Of a DNA stretch of 64,000 bases, positions 8,219 to 18,131 are shown piece by piece. The first letter of the stretch is position 1. Each line of letters begins with the position of its first letter. Both the position numbers and the translations under genes were made by a program. Below the pieces are notes generated by a model that searched no databases, had not been told where the DNA came from, and was given only the letters and a program-made list of their open reading frames with translations. The DNA is taken from positions 434,001-498,000 of IMG/VR virus record IMGVR_UViG_3300049793_000366, one strand, 5' to 3'.

Positions 8219-10348
8219 ATGTCACAAAACTCAGAAGATTTAAAAAAGCACCGCCTTTACTCAGAAACAGAATTCGATATCAAAGCTTCCGCATCAGACG
8301 GTGGCGAGGATGATGAAGATGAAGGTAGTATGTTTAATAAGCCAAAGGCCGACACAAAATCAAAAACCCCAGTACTCGATAATTTCGGACGCGATTTAAC
8401 AAAAATGGCTGAAGAGGGTAAGTTAGATGCCATCGTAGGAAGAGACAAAGAGATAGAAAGGGTTTCCCAGATTCTATCTCGTAGAAAGAAAAACAATCCA
8501 ATTCTTATTGGTGAGCCAGGTGTTGGTAAATCTGCTGTAGCAGAAGGACTAGCACTTCGTATTGTTCAGAAGAAAGTATCACGTTTACTTTTTAATAAAA
8601 GAGTAGTGACATTGGACTTAGGTTCTATGGTTGCTGGTACTAAATATCGTGGTCAATTCGAAGAGCGAATGAAAGCTCTTATGAATGAACTTGAGAAGAA
8701 CAAAGATGTTATTTTATTCATTGATGAAATTCATACAATCGTTGGTGCCGGTGGTGCTAGTGGTTCACTTGATGCTTCTAATATGTTTAAACCACCATTA
8801 GCTCGTGGTGAAATACAAGTAGTAGGTGCTACAACCGTAGATGAATACCGTAAGCACATTGAAAAAGATGGTGCGTTAGAAAGAAGGTTTCAAAAAGTTG
8901 TTATTGAACCAGCTACACCAGAGGAAACTCTACAAATTCTTCATAACATCAAAGATAAATATGAAGACCACCACAACGTATTCTATTCAGAAGATGCTAT
9001 TGCGGCTTGCGTTAGTTTAACTACTCGCTATATGTCTGATAGACACTTACCTGATAAAGCTATTGATGCTTTGGATGAAGTTGGTTCTCGCGTTCACATC
9101 ACTAACATAAAAGTACCTCAAGAGATACTTGACATCGAGAAAAAAATCGAAGAGATTAAAACAGAAAAGAATCGTGTTGTTAAGAATCAAAAATACGAAG
9201 AGGCTGCTAAATTAAGAGATGTTGAAAAACAATTAATCAATCAATTAGATGATGCTCGTAAGAATTGGGAAGACGACCAAAAGAACAACCGAGAGATTGT
9301 TACAGAGGAACACGTTGCTCAAGTAGTATCGATGATGACTGGTATACCAGTTACAAAGATAGGACAATCTGAAGGTAAGAAGCTAATCGATATGTATAAA
9401 GAGTTATCTGGTAAGGTAATTGGACAAGATGATGCTTTAAAGAAAATTGTTAAATCAATTCAAAGAAGCCGTGTTGGTATGAAGGATCCTAATAGACCAA
9501 TCTTCTCTGGTATGTTAATTGGAAATTCAGGAGTTGGTAAAACAGAAATGGCTAAGCAATTAGCTAAGTATATGTTTGACTCAGAAGATGCATTAATCAG
9601 ATTAGATATGTCTGAGTTCATGGAGAAAATTGATGTAACTAAAATAATTGGTTCATCTGCGGGTTATGTTGGATTCGAAGAAGGTTCAGCATTCTTAAAC
9701 AAAGTTAGGTCAAAGCCATACTCAGTAATCTTATTAGATGAAATTGAGAAAGCACATCCAGAAATCTTCAATGTATTCTTACAAATGTTAGATGATGGTC
9801 AATTAAGTGATTCACATGGTAGAAAAATTAACTTCAAGAATTGTGTTATTCTTATGACATCGAATGTCGGAACAAAAGTAGTTAAAGACTTTGGTGCTGG
9901 TGTTGGATTTGTAACTCAAGCTAAGTCAACATCATCTAATGATGATTTAAAGGGTACACTTGAAAAAGAATTGAAAAAGAAATTCGCTCCTGAGTTCATT
10001 AACCGTCTTGATGATATCATTTACTTCAAAGATTTAACTAAAGAAGATATTGGTAGAATTGTTGACATCGAATTAAATAAATCACTTAATCGTTTGAAAA
10101 CAATGGGTTACGAAGCTGTAATCGAAGAGTCTTTAAAAGAACAGTTAATTGAATCTGGTTATGATCCTAACTATGGCGCAAGACCATTGAAGAGAGCAAT
10201 TCAGAGATTAGTTGATGATGCTCTTACTGATACATTACTTGAAGAGCCAGCAGTTGGATCTACTATGAGTATGGGATTCGATAAAGAAAAGGATGAGACA
10301 GTTATTACTGTTAAGAAGCCAAAAAAGAAACCAACAAAGAATGATTAA
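8219..10348 (+). CDS. clpC: ClpC-type AAA+ unfoldase lacking the N-terminal Clp-repeat domain
   Basis: Two Walker A motifs ([16 protein letters not shown]), Walker B, short UVR-like middle domain ([10 protein letters not shown]), ClpP-docking loop GVGF. Confidence 0.92.
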   Translation: MSQNSEDLKKHRLYSETEFDIKASASDGGEDDEDEGSMFNKPKADTKSKTPVLDNFGRDLTKMAEEGKLDAIVGRDKEIERVSQILSRRKKNNPILIGEPGVGKSAVAEGLALRIVQKKVSRLLFNKRVVTLDLGSMVAGTKYRGQFEERMKALMNELEKNKDVILFIDEIHTIVGAGGASGSLDASNMFKPPLARGEIQVVGATTVDEYRKHIEKDGALERRFQKVVIEPATPEETLQILHNIKDKYEDHHNVFYSEDAIAACVSLTTRYMSDRHLPDKAIDALDEVGSRVHITNIKVPQEILDIEKKIEEIKTEKNRVVKNQKYEEAAKLRDVEKQLINQLDDARKNWEDDQKNNREIVTEEHVAQVVSMMTGIPVTKIGQSEGKKLIDMYKELSGKVIGQDDALKKIVKSIQRSRVGMKDPNRPIFSGMLIGNSGVGKTEMAKQLAKYMFDSEDALIRLDMSEFMEKIDVTKIIGSSAGYVGFEEGSAFLNKVRSKPYSVILLDEIEKAHPEIFNVFLQMLDDGQLSDSHGRKINFKNCVILMTSNVGTKVVKDFGAGVGFVTQAKSTSSNDDLKGTLEKELKKKFAPEFINRLDDIIYFKDLTKEDIGRIVDIELNKSLNRLKTMGYEAVIEESLKEQLIESGYDPNYGARPLKRAIQRLVDDALTDTLLEEPAVGSTMSMGFDKEKDETVITVKKPKKKPTKND

Positions 10349-10601
10349 GGATTATAAAGACTACCCAATTCCTGGGCGTAAATATAAACACTACAAAGGT
10401 GGTGTGTATGAGATAGTTTCAATGGCTACTCATACTGAAACTCAGGAAGCTATCGTTGTCTATAAGTCTTTACTATTCGGTTCTTTATATGTTAGACCAT
10501 TAGATATCTGGAATAAGGTAGCATTGGATGACGATGAAGAAGAGGTAACTCGATTCGAATTGATTGACATAGAAGATGAAGATGAATACTATTGCTTATA
10601 A
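10341..10601 (+). CDS. DUF1653-like protein
   Basis: GRKYKHYKGGVYEIV..ATHTET..VVYKSL...YVRP. Confidence 0.8.
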   Translation: MIKDYKDYPIPGRKYKHYKGGVYEIVSMATHTETQEAIVVYKSLLFGSLYVRPLDIWNKVALDDDEEEVTRFELIDIEDEDEYYCL

Positions 10602-10604
10602 AAT

Positions 10605-10631
10605 AAAATCCAGCTTAAATGCTGGATTTTT
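10605..10631 (+). terminator. intrinsic terminator (possibly bidirectional)
   Basis: AAAATCCAGC-ttaaat-GCTGGATTTT hairpin followed by a T run; coordinates approximate. Confidence 0.75.
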
Positions 10632-10652
10632 CAATTGATTAATAAATTAAAT

Positions 10653-11054
10653 ATGGAAGAAGAAAAAATACCAACATCATTACAAGAAGCAATTGACTTT
10701 TTAATAGAAGCTGATGCTAATTTAGGAATGGGAAGCGGAATGGGAATGAGAAACAGTTGGGGGTTATGGCACGGTTCAAAACTCGCGCAATGGTTTTATA
10801 GACATCAAATATACCATGCTGATGATATGAGTGGCATCATTATGGATTCTTATAAAAGAACTAAAAATGGTGAACCAATTGAGTTAAAAGAACAAATAGC
10901 TAAGTATCATAAACACTGGGAGATAAATCATGGACCAAACCATTTAAGCGAAATGAAAGCCATGATTGTTGAAAATCTTATTAAGATGCGGGCTGAAAAT
11001 CTTGATGAAATATTGAAAGATATTAACTCTGAGGATATTGAAGGTAAAAGCTAA
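10653..11054 (+). CDS. hypothetical protein (DUF6794-like), C-tag
   Basis: GMGMRNSWGLW...YHADDMSGII; MRAENLDEIL near the end. Confidence 0.65.
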   Translation: MEEEKIPTSLQEAIDFLIEADANLGMGSGMGMRNSWGLWHGSKLAQWFYRHQIYHADDMSGIIMDSYKRTKNGEPIELKEQIAKYHKHWEINHGPNHLSEMKAMIVENLIKMRAENLDEILKDINSEDIEGKS

Positions 11055-11361
11055 TATTTACAGCAGTATAGTCAAAGCCACTGACTCTGACATTTTGTAA
11101 TTCAGCACCACATTCTTTAGCAATATAGGGTAGAATTCCATTGTTGAGTTCTAATGCTTCATCGTTATTAACCGCATTTGGGAATCTCTCAGTAGCAGTT
11201 ACGCTGAATAGGTTATTTCCCATATTTCTTACTTGGACCTTCATTAATTCGAAGTTTTCGTTGTCGGATAGGTATGATTCTACATCAGATTCAATATCGT
11301 CCATATCAATTCTGCCTTTCATATTAAAAATAAATTTCTCATACTTTTGAAGGTGCTTCAT
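11023..11361 (-). CDS. hypothetical protein, N-motif
   Basis: Starts MKHLQKYEKF; AATATATA just upstream. Confidence 0.8.
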   Translation of the reverse strand: MKHLQKYEKFIFNMKGRIDMDDIESDVESYLSDNENFELMKVQVRNMGNNLFSVTATERFPNAVNNDEALELNNGILPYIAKECGAELQNVRVSGFDYTAVNISFYLQYPQS

Positions 11362-11402
11362 ATGTTATATATTATTTAAAACATATAAAAAATTACACTT
11401 TT

Positions 11403-11418
11403 AATTAAACTGCCACAC
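11403..11418 (+). repeat. isolated copy of the 16-bp AATTAAAATGCCACAC repeat family
   Basis: AATTAAACTGCCACAC, 21 nt upstream of the recombinase ATG. Confidence 0.75.
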
Positions 11419-11439
11419 CATTATTCGATATAATCAACT

Positions 11440-12015
11440 ATGAATTCTATACTATTTACAAGGGTATCTACACCACAACAAACACACGATGAACAGGTTG
11501 ATACGCTGACTAAAATATCACAGGATAAAGGCTGGTCAATAGATACAGTATATCGCGAGGTTGGTTCTGGGCTTATTTCAGGTAATTTGAGGGAAACACT
11601 GACAACTATGTTGAAATACATACCAACAACCACAGTGTCAGTAGTAGCAGTTTCAAACATATCTAAGCTATCTTGTAGACCCAATGACGTAGAGAAATTA
11701 ATGACTTGGTTACATAGTAAGGGTATCTCAATATATGTTGCTAATCTTGATATTTTATCAATTGGTAATGAAGATATAATTAGAGAGCAAGCATTGTTAG
11801 CAGAGCAACAAATTAATCAAATGAAGAGTAATTATGTTGAGAGTAATAAACTACCAATTGGTAGAAAAGAGGGTTATAGAAAGCCTAAGATATCAATGAT
11901 GCTTGACCACAAAGATGTTGCTGATTTACTTAAGCAGGGATATTCTATACGAAAGGTTGGTGAAATGACTGGTAAAAGCACAACCACCGTACAAAAAGTT
12001 AAAAGATTATTGTGA
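11440..12015 (+). CDS. serine recombinase (resolvase/invertase family) with C-terminal HTH
   Basis: FTRVST..Q...Q catalytic motif, E.GSG, degenerate SKLSCR, C-terminal HTH GYSIRKVGEMTGKSTTTV. Confidence 0.8.
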   Translation: MNSILFTRVSTPQQTHDEQVDTLTKISQDKGWSIDTVYREVGSGLISGNLRETLTTMLKYIPTTTVSVVAVSNISKLSCRPNDVEKLMTWLHSKGISIYVANLDILSIGNEDIIREQALLAEQQINQMKSNYVESNKLPIGRKEGYRKPKISMMLDHKDVADLLKQGYSIRKVGEMTGKSTTTVQKVKRLL

Positions 12016-12284
12016 TTAACCCAACCGAAAATGAATTAGACAATTTCGTTTACTATAAGTTACAAGAAGATATAAAAAACAGTCCAAATAACGGACATAG
12101 CCCTCGTGTTAATGATGCACTTAGTGGTAAATATAAACTAATTTATTATAGATATGGTGTTGGTAGGGTCAAAGTAATGATGTACGTTGAGTCAGAAGAG
12201 AAAGAAGTAGGAGTCTGTATATTCGATGATACAGAATTTGACAATTGGTTAAGGGAAACCAAGCTCAGTCAGCTAATCAGCTAA
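12012..12284 (+). CDS. hypothetical protein, C-tag
   Basis: Ends LRETKLSQLIS. Confidence 0.75.
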   Translation: MINPTENELDNFVYYKLQEDIKNSPNNGHSPRVNDALSGKYKLIYYRYGVGRVKVMMYVESEEKEVGVCIFDDTEFDNWLRETKLSQLIS

Positions 12285-12286
12285 TA

Positions 12287-12318
12287 TTTGCAAATCCGCA
12301 TTTTAATCCGTACATTTG
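12287..12318 (+). promoter_or_regulatory. Bacteroidota-type promoter
   Basis: TTTG-N20-TACATTTG, ATG at 12323. Confidence 0.8.
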
Positions 12319-12322
12319 TAGA

Positions 12323-13045
12323 ATGGAAAAGAGACTCACAACTGAGAACTTACAATATTATGTAGACTACGATTACGACACTAGTTATTCATGTGAAGAT
12401 AGTGGTTGTGATAACGAAGGTATATGTCGTTGTGGTAGCATAGAGAATGCTGTTGTGAATCCTATAAACATATCAGAATTCGCAAAGAAGATGTATGAGT
12501 TATACAATCCACCAACAAAAGATAAAACAATACTTCGTGATAGAAAGATAAAATCTTTATTTGATTCATCAATTGAGGAAATAAATATCTATTGCATCGA
12601 TAGAATTTGTAGAGTACTCAAAGTATGGGACTTGAATAAGTGGGAGGTTAATGTATGTGGTGGTTATTACGGTGATGAAGTAGACTCAGTTAAGTTTGAA
12701 GATGTTGTAAAATTAGCAGAGAAGATAGAAGCTGTTTTAGAATTAAGCTCAGTCAAAGAAAAGATAGAGTATGTGTTAACTGTTGAGTATGGTAGCATTC
12801 TACCAGAGCTTAAAGATAAAGAATATTCATTGATAGAGATATCAAAAGATGATGTTATATTTGGTAGCGAAGGACAATACAAAAAAGTATCAACCGAAGA
12901 CCTTACTCACTATTCAAATAAAGAGTATAGTGGCATAAGAGGTTTGCTTTTACCAAAGGGTGAGAAGTTCAGACTAATCGATGGCTACCACAGAATGTTT
13001 GCCACAAATAACAAAAAGAAAATAAGAGTACTATTAGCACAATGA
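12323..13045 (+). CDS. hypothetical protein with Cys-rich N-terminus, internal C-tag and ParB/Srx-like C-terminal motif
   Basis: CEDSGCDNEGICRCG; LRDRKIKSLF; RLIDGYHR. Confidence 0.7.
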   Translation: MEKRLTTENLQYYVDYDYDTSYSCEDSGCDNEGICRCGSIENAVVNPINISEFAKKMYELYNPPTKDKTILRDRKIKSLFDSSIEEINIYCIDRICRVLKVWDLNKWEVNVCGGYYGDEVDSVKFEDVVKLAEKIEAVLELSSVKEKIEYVLTVEYGSILPELKDKEYSLIEISKDDVIFGSEGQYKKVSTEDLTHYSNKEYSGIRGLLLPKGEKFRLIDGYHRMFATNNKKKIRVLLAQ

Positions 13046-13458
13046 GAATAAGAAAATTAAACAGGTCTGATTATAACTCATATATTTCTTTACTCGACCA
13101 GCTAACAGAAGTTGGTTCAGTAACTAACAGTCAATTCAATCTATACGTTGATAATCAATCTCAGCTACATCAAACATTGGTGTACGAAGAGGACAATCAA
13201 CTATTGGGCTGTCTTACTTATTTCTGCGAACAGAAAGTACATCATTCATTTAGCTACGTTATTCATATCGAAGATGTTGTTACTGACGCTAAACACAGAG
13301 GTAAGGGTGTTGCTAAGACACTCATTGATAATGCTATTAAGATAGCAAAGGCATTCAAGTGTTACAAGGTAATTCTAAATTGTAGCGATAGGAATACGGA
13401 CTACTATAAAAAACTTGGCTTTCAACTAGTTGGTAATCAAATGGTTATAAAGTTTTAG
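13042..13458 (+). CDS. GNAT acetyltransferase, glucosamine-6-phosphate N-acetyltransferase-like
   Basis: HIEDVVTDAKHRGKGVA, CYKVILNC, YYKKLGF. Confidence 0.85.
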   Translation: MRIRKLNRSDYNSYISLLDQLTEVGSVTNSQFNLYVDNQSQLHQTLVYEEDNQLLGCLTYFCEQKVHHSFSYVIHIEDVVTDAKHRGKGVAKTLIDNAIKIAKAFKCYKVILNCSDRNTDYYKKLGFQLVGNQMVIKF

Positions 13459-13463
13459 AAAAA

Positions 13464-13495
13464 TTTGCATATCCGGATTATTATCCGTACTTTTG
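13464..13495 (+). promoter_or_regulatory. Bacteroidota-type promoter with palindromic spacer
   Basis: TTTG-catatCCGGATTATTATCCG-TACTTTTG. Confidence 0.8.
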
Positions 13496-13514
13496 TTAAA
13501 CAAAATCGGACAAT

Positions 13515-14006
13515 ATGCAATTCAAAGACATTCGCTACGCTCAATTACTAATCGAAACAATCCTAAAAGATTCTGGTGCTAACACTGTTAGCTTCGAAAC
13601 TATTGACAATAGAAATGTTTGTGTTGTTAATAATTTCACTGTGTCTATGTTGGCGGTTGATGCCGCAAATCGTAACTTAGAGAAAATGAATATTCGCTTA
13701 GTACAACGTGTTAAAGAAGATAACGGTAGTCGTAAAGACTTCTATGAAATAATCGACTTATCTGTTGTACAAAAGATAAAAGATATCTGTATCACAAATG
13801 GTTGTTCTGATAATTTCAGAATCGATACAAACACCGTATGGGGTGACAGAAACGTTAGTGTTAGCTTACGCTACGGTTACTGGAGAAAGTTAGACGTTGA
13901 TACTCTTAATCCACTATTAAAAGAACTTGGCGTTAAATTAGAATTAGATTCTTTTGACGATGATGATTGTGGTACACAATATACAAATCAAATTATTAAC
14001 CTTTAA
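13515..14006 (+). CDS. hypothetical protein
   Basis: ORF downstream of the promoter. Confidence 0.75.
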   Translation: MQFKDIRYAQLLIETILKDSGANTVSFETIDNRNVCVVNNFTVSMLAVDAANRNLEKMNIRLVQRVKEDNGSRKDFYEIIDLSVVQKIKDICITNGCSDNFRIDTNTVWGDRNVSVSLRYGYWRKLDVDTLNPLLKELGVKLELDSFDDDDCGTQYTNQIINL

Positions 14007-14018
14007 ACTATATAAGAT

Positions 14019-14210
14019 ATGTTAGTCTCAAACTGTTGTTCAGCTACACCAACACCAATCGATAATCGCGGTGCTGATACGAGTGATATCGGAATCTGTT
14101 CCAAGTGCTTAGACCATTGTTCCTATGAGGACGATGAAGAACCAGTACGTCCTACTACGAATGCTGATTGGAATGAGTTGTCTAATAGTTTCTTTAACGC
14201 TGGTGTTTAA
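14019..14210 (+). CDS. small Cys-rich hypothetical protein
   Basis: SNCCSA...ICSKCLDHC, possible Zn ribbon. Confidence 0.7.
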   Translation: MLVSNCCSATPTPIDNRGADTSDIGICSKCLDHCSYEDDEEPVRPTTNADWNELSNSFFNAGV

Positions 14211-14212
14211 TT

Positions 14213-14884
14213 ATGGCTAAAGAAAATATAGGATGTTTCGACTTCGAGAGAGAAGTAAGAAGAATAGAAAGTGGCATACTTAAGTCATTCGATGATATTC
14301 TACCTAAGGTAGAAGAAATGTATTCTCTTTTAGTGAAGAAGAATTTCACAGCTAAAATTGATACGAGTAATGATAACCTGAGAGGGCTATTTAACGATGA
14401 TAGTTGCTACATTGGTGTTCTTGATACAAAGCTTAACTTCAAATCACGGGCGTTATACCTATACAACGGTAGATGTCAATGGGTAATGATATTCAATCCA
14501 AAGAAAAGAACTGTTGATAATGAAACTATTCGCGCTGGATATTCAGTGTATAGAGTTTACAACGAAGTTGATTTGGATTGTATAGAGAATTCTTGGGGTT
14601 TAAAAACAACTGAGCAATTTATTACGGGTGTTGATTTAATCGCTGAGTGCTTCACTGATGTTACTAAACATTCACAGAAAGTTGATAAGCAAGTTGTTTG
14701 TCATAGACCAACTACTCAGAGATTAATACACGATTATAATACCAATGCGTTTCAGCATTATTATCCAACAATCACATCAATGGGTCACTTCGGAACTAAC
14801 GGTAACTTAGGTGAAGTTGGTGCTGTATTCTCTACACTATTGGTTATGTGTTACCGCTTAAAAATAAAAGGAGTAGAACTATAA
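14213..14884 (+). CDS. hypothetical protein
   Basis: Co-oriented ORF, tight spacing. Confidence 0.75.
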   Translation: MAKENIGCFDFEREVRRIESGILKSFDDILPKVEEMYSLLVKKNFTAKIDTSNDNLRGLFNDDSCYIGVLDTKLNFKSRALYLYNGRCQWVMIFNPKKRTVDNETIRAGYSVYRVYNEVDLDCIENSWGLKTTEQFITGVDLIAECFTDVTKHSQKVDKQVVCHRPTTQRLIHDYNTNAFQHYYPTITSMGHFGTNGNLGEVGAVFSTLLVMCYRLKIKGVEL

Positions 14885-15249
14885 TGAGTTATCGTTTACA
14901 TAAAGAATTCGAGAGAAGCTTCAACAAGCGACAATATACTTCTGTGTTGTTACAGAGTATGTTGTTTTCTTTTATATTGGTAGCACTGATGATTATTGTT
15001 GGTATGTTTATATCAATGTGTCGTAGTGGTGAATTCATAGATGGTATAAAGAAGATGTTTGACTTAATGTGGTATACCTACATAAGTATCTTCGTTATGG
15101 TTACTGGTATACTATTCATAGCTAATCGCAATAGAAGAGACCTATCCGGTTTGGATGAAACCAAAGAATTCAGTACATTTGAAACTGCATTCAAAGAACA
15201 AGAAAGAGACGAAAAAATAAAAAATATATTAGATGGAAGTAAAGATTAA
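14884..15249 (+). CDS. membrane protein (two hydrophobic segments), C-tag
   Basis: TAATG coupling; ends ERDEKIKNILDGSKD. Confidence 0.75.
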   Translation: MSYRLHKEFERSFNKRQYTSVLLQSMLFSFILVALMIIVGMFISMCRSGEFIDGIKKMFDLMWYTYISIFVMVTGILFIANRNRRDLSGLDETKEFSTFETAFKEQERDEKIKNILDGSKD

Positions 15250-15760
15250 ATCACTTGAAGAACTAACAAAAGCAGGACAGTTATTGTTAATGAAGTCACC
15301 ATTTGGTGGTGATGATATTGCTGTGTACTCCGGTAAACACAAGACATATAAATACCCAATCACTACCGATGGTAGAAAAGCACGTTCGCTTGGTTATGAC
15401 CAGAAAAAGGGATTCAACTATGTATTCGCTGATGATTCTGGTGACAAGGGCGATGAAATGATTTGGCAATATGACTTCTTAACGAAGATGGGTGCCACTG
15501 TAACACTTGATGAATGTGATGATATCAAGACCTGGAACTTTAGATTGATTGATAATACACACGCTGAGTACGATGAAGAATTTGCTAAATACGGAAACAA
15601 CTTCGCAAGTATGTTAAGCTTAGTAAGTAAATCATTCGGTGATGAAGGTCCCGAAGGTGGTATCGTTGGTGTGGATGAATCTGATGTATCGGACTTTATG
15701 AAAATGATTGGTGGTGGTTTGATGGGTATAGATCCAAGTAAGAAAAAGAAGAAAAAGTAA
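15233..15760 (+). CDS. hypothetical protein
   Basis: Co-oriented overlapping ORF. Confidence 0.75.
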   Translation: MEVKIKSLEELTKAGQLLLMKSPFGGDDIAVYSGKHKTYKYPITTDGRKARSLGYDQKKGFNYVFADDSGDKGDEMIWQYDFLTKMGATVTLDECDDIKTWNFRLIDNTHAEYDEEFAKYGNNFASMLSLVSKSFGDEGPEGGIVGVDESDVSDFMKMIGGGLMGIDPSKKKKKK

Positions 15761-16380
15761 TGGAGAGTGATGTTATAGATATAAGTGAGTTTAGACTACA
15801 AAGAGAACGTGAGCGTCTTATAGAGCATCATGGTATTAAACCATATGAAGATATAAGGGAACACTATATAATACGTCTGAAAGAACGCTATGGCATCACA
15901 ATCACTGAAGCTGAGTATGATGATATACTTGATAGATTTAAACGAAATGATTTCATAAAAATGTACAGTCTTTCATACAATAGAAAGGTTGTATGGGTTA
16001 AAGTAAAGGGTAGATATATTTTCAGCATCTATAATAAGAAAATAAGCAATCTAAGAGAAGGTGCATTGCTTACTTGTTTAGAGTTTAATTCTACATTAAG
16101 AATGCCAGTACCTAAGATATTTGGTATAAATGGATTTCGACCTGCTGATTTTGAGAAGAGTGTAAATGAAACAATAGAAGAAGCGTTTACACTATTGAAT
16201 GATTATTATGAAATGGGTACTAAGGATTTCTTTATGAAGCACCCAGCAAATAAAAATCATAAATCAATCATACACTTCTGGGCTAAGTCTGGTGAGATTG
16301 AATTGGATAGAGTAATTGATTACATGGAAAATAAATTCAAAGAAGACGGTACTTTTAAGATAACTGAAATAAAATACTAA
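15760..16380 (+). CDS. hypothetical protein
   Basis: TAATG coupling. Confidence 0.75.
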   Translation: MESDVIDISEFRLQRERERLIEHHGIKPYEDIREHYIIRLKERYGITITEAEYDDILDRFKRNDFIKMYSLSYNRKVVWVKVKGRYIFSIYNKKISNLREGALLTCLEFNSTLRMPVPKIFGINGFRPADFEKSVNETIEEAFTLLNDYYEMGTKDFFMKHPANKNHKSIIHFWAKSGEIELDRVIDYMENKFKEDGTFKITEIKY

Positions 16381-16679
16381 TGAATATTTTCGACAAAGCA
16401 AATATAAACTCAATACTCGATGCTAAATTAAATACACACGAGATACTTGCTTGGCGTAGTGAGGGTAATAAATTACATCTAAAGATACTGACTGGAGCAA
16501 CCGGACGTAAGAATAAGAAGAAGTATTTTTTTGACTTTGAATTCGATATTACTAACATTGGTACAAAAGATTTAGTGATGTTACTATCTAAGAAAATATC
16601 AGCAACATCACCAGAGCAACTAAAAGAATTTTGGAAAAAAGAACTAAGAGAAGTTAAAATTAGAAATCTAACAAAATGA
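16380..16679 (+). CDS. hypothetical protein, C-tag
   Basis: Ends LREVKIRNLTK. Confidence 0.75.
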   Translation: MNIFDKANINSILDAKLNTHEILAWRSEGNKLHLKILTGATGRKNKKKYFFDFEFDITNIGTKDLVMLLSKKISATSPEQLKEFWKKELREVKIRNLTK

Positions 16680-17023
16680 AACCATCAGCATTAGAGAGAG
16701 ATATGTCATTAGCAAAGCTATTGATGTCACCTGAGCAAGCAATGTATCAAGAAACACATTCTGCTTTTTATGGTATCTATGACGACCAGGGACTAGAAAG
16801 CTTTATCGCTATCGGTGACCATTTTACTATGCCTGCTCTTGATAAAGTATCACAGAGAATTAATATGCTGGATATTCGTGCCAGATATTCAAGTCAGCGA
16901 AACGCAAAGGTATATGTTTGTTGGATTAAGAATTCTGATGTAGAAAGAATAAATTCACTATGTAACTCTAGTGAGTTTATAGAAGCTAAAGACTTATTAA
17001 AATCAATCGCAAATTTCGTATAA
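16676..17023 (+). CDS. hypothetical protein
   Basis: ATGA coupling. Confidence 0.75.
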   Translation: MKPSALERDMSLAKLLMSPEQAMYQETHSAFYGIYDDQGLESFIAIGDHFTMPALDKVSQRINMLDIRARYSSQRNAKVYVCWIKNSDVERINSLCNSSEFIEAKDLLKSIANFV

Positions 17024-17223
17024 TGAATACAAATGACTTACCAATAGACTTCCTGAGTGAAGTACTTATACAAGGTAGAATACTATCGAAGAACCCGTGT
17101 GAAGAACCAGATTGTGAAATAGGTTCTGTCGAACTTGTAGTTGACTACAAAGGGAAAACATATTCTGTAATAACAGATACACATGGTGATAATATTTATC
17201 AAAATTACTGTCAAGAAATATGA
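17023..17223 (+). CDS. hypothetical protein
   Basis: TAATG coupling. Confidence 0.7.
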   Translation: MNTNDLPIDFLSEVLIQGRILSKNPCEEPDCEIGSVELVVDYKGKTYSVITDTHGDNIYQNYCQEI

Positions 17224-17573
17224 AGCTAAGAGATGCAGTTAAGAGAATAGTTGAGACTGGTGGTATTGTAGAGATAGCACATAAGTCTAAGATTAATGAA
17301 TGGTACGGTAGCGTTAAGGTTTATAAATCTACTTATAGCGGTAAATATTTCGTTGAACATGGTCGTGGTGAGTTTAAGACGGTAGATGAAGCAGTTGATG
17401 TGTTTATGGATCTTGCATATACTTCTAAAAATATTGGCTACATTCAAAAGAGATTAGACGAGAAGGGAATAAACTTCGAGGATGATTATGACCTTGAAAA
17501 ACCATCAACAGAGCTAAGAAAAATGTTTAAGGATGAAGGTGTTATTGTTGATGAAGAATATAAATCATTATGA
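17220..17573 (+). CDS. hypothetical protein
   Basis: ATGA coupling. Confidence 0.75.
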   Translation: MKLRDAVKRIVETGGIVEIAHKSKINEWYGSVKVYKSTYSGKYFVEHGRGEFKTVDEAVDVFMDLAYTSKNIGYIQKRLDEKGINFEDDYDLEKPSTELRKMFKDEGVIVDEEYKSL

Positions 17574-17890
17574 CACTAAACGAGAAGTTCAGAAGTGAAT
17601 TTGGAACTGATGTGTTCTTAGAAATGATGGATATCTTCATCACGGGTGATACTCCGTTTATGCAATGTCTGAGCATTGGTACTACCAGTCCAATTACTAA
17701 AGATGTCTACCTTTTAGTTGGTGATACTTACATTCATGCTTCTTATACATTATGTATGACGAGTGATGATGGTGTTGGTAATGGTTGGGACTTGGAGATA
17801 TTGGAATATGGTAAAGAGATAACGATGCCATTGGGACCAGCGTTTGACGACCACAGGCGCAATATGAGAATCAATAAAATAGTTGATTAA
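17570..17890 (+). CDS. hypothetical protein, C-tag
   Basis: Ends RRNMRINKIVD. Confidence 0.75.
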   Translation: MTLNEKFRSEFGTDVFLEMMDIFITGDTPFMQCLSIGTTSPITKDVYLLVGDTYIHASYTLCMTSDDGVGNGWDLEILEYGKEITMPLGPAFDDHRRNMRINKIVD

Positions 17891-18131
17891 GCTTTTCCTC
17901 CCTACGTATATGAAGGTCTGAGAAGTGTTTAGAAAATTCAACACGCCTACTTTCATTAAAGAAGTACATACCATCAACATCATCTTTTATCTTGAATGTC
18001 GTAGTATCTATTTGTCTCTTAAGATTACTTGTGGTTGATAGAAATAATTCATAGTCATATTGTCTTCCTTCTTCGAAAACAACATTACCTGTATAGTCAT
18101 AATATGATTTAATACAAATACATTTCTTCAC
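17871..18131 (-). CDS. CxC-family small protein, C-tag
   Basis: KKCICIK...EGRQYDY...FSKHF...RREEKLNQLF. Confidence 0.8.
   Translation of the reverse strand: MKKCICIKSYYDYTGNVVFEEGRQYDYELFLSTTSNLKRQIDTTTFKIKDDVDGMYFFNESRRVEFSKHFSDLHIRREEKLNQLFY

Noticed and set aside
8219-10348. ClpB assignment
   Set aside because: The middle domain is short (UVR-like) rather than the long ClpB coiled coil, and a ClpP-docking GVGF loop is present.
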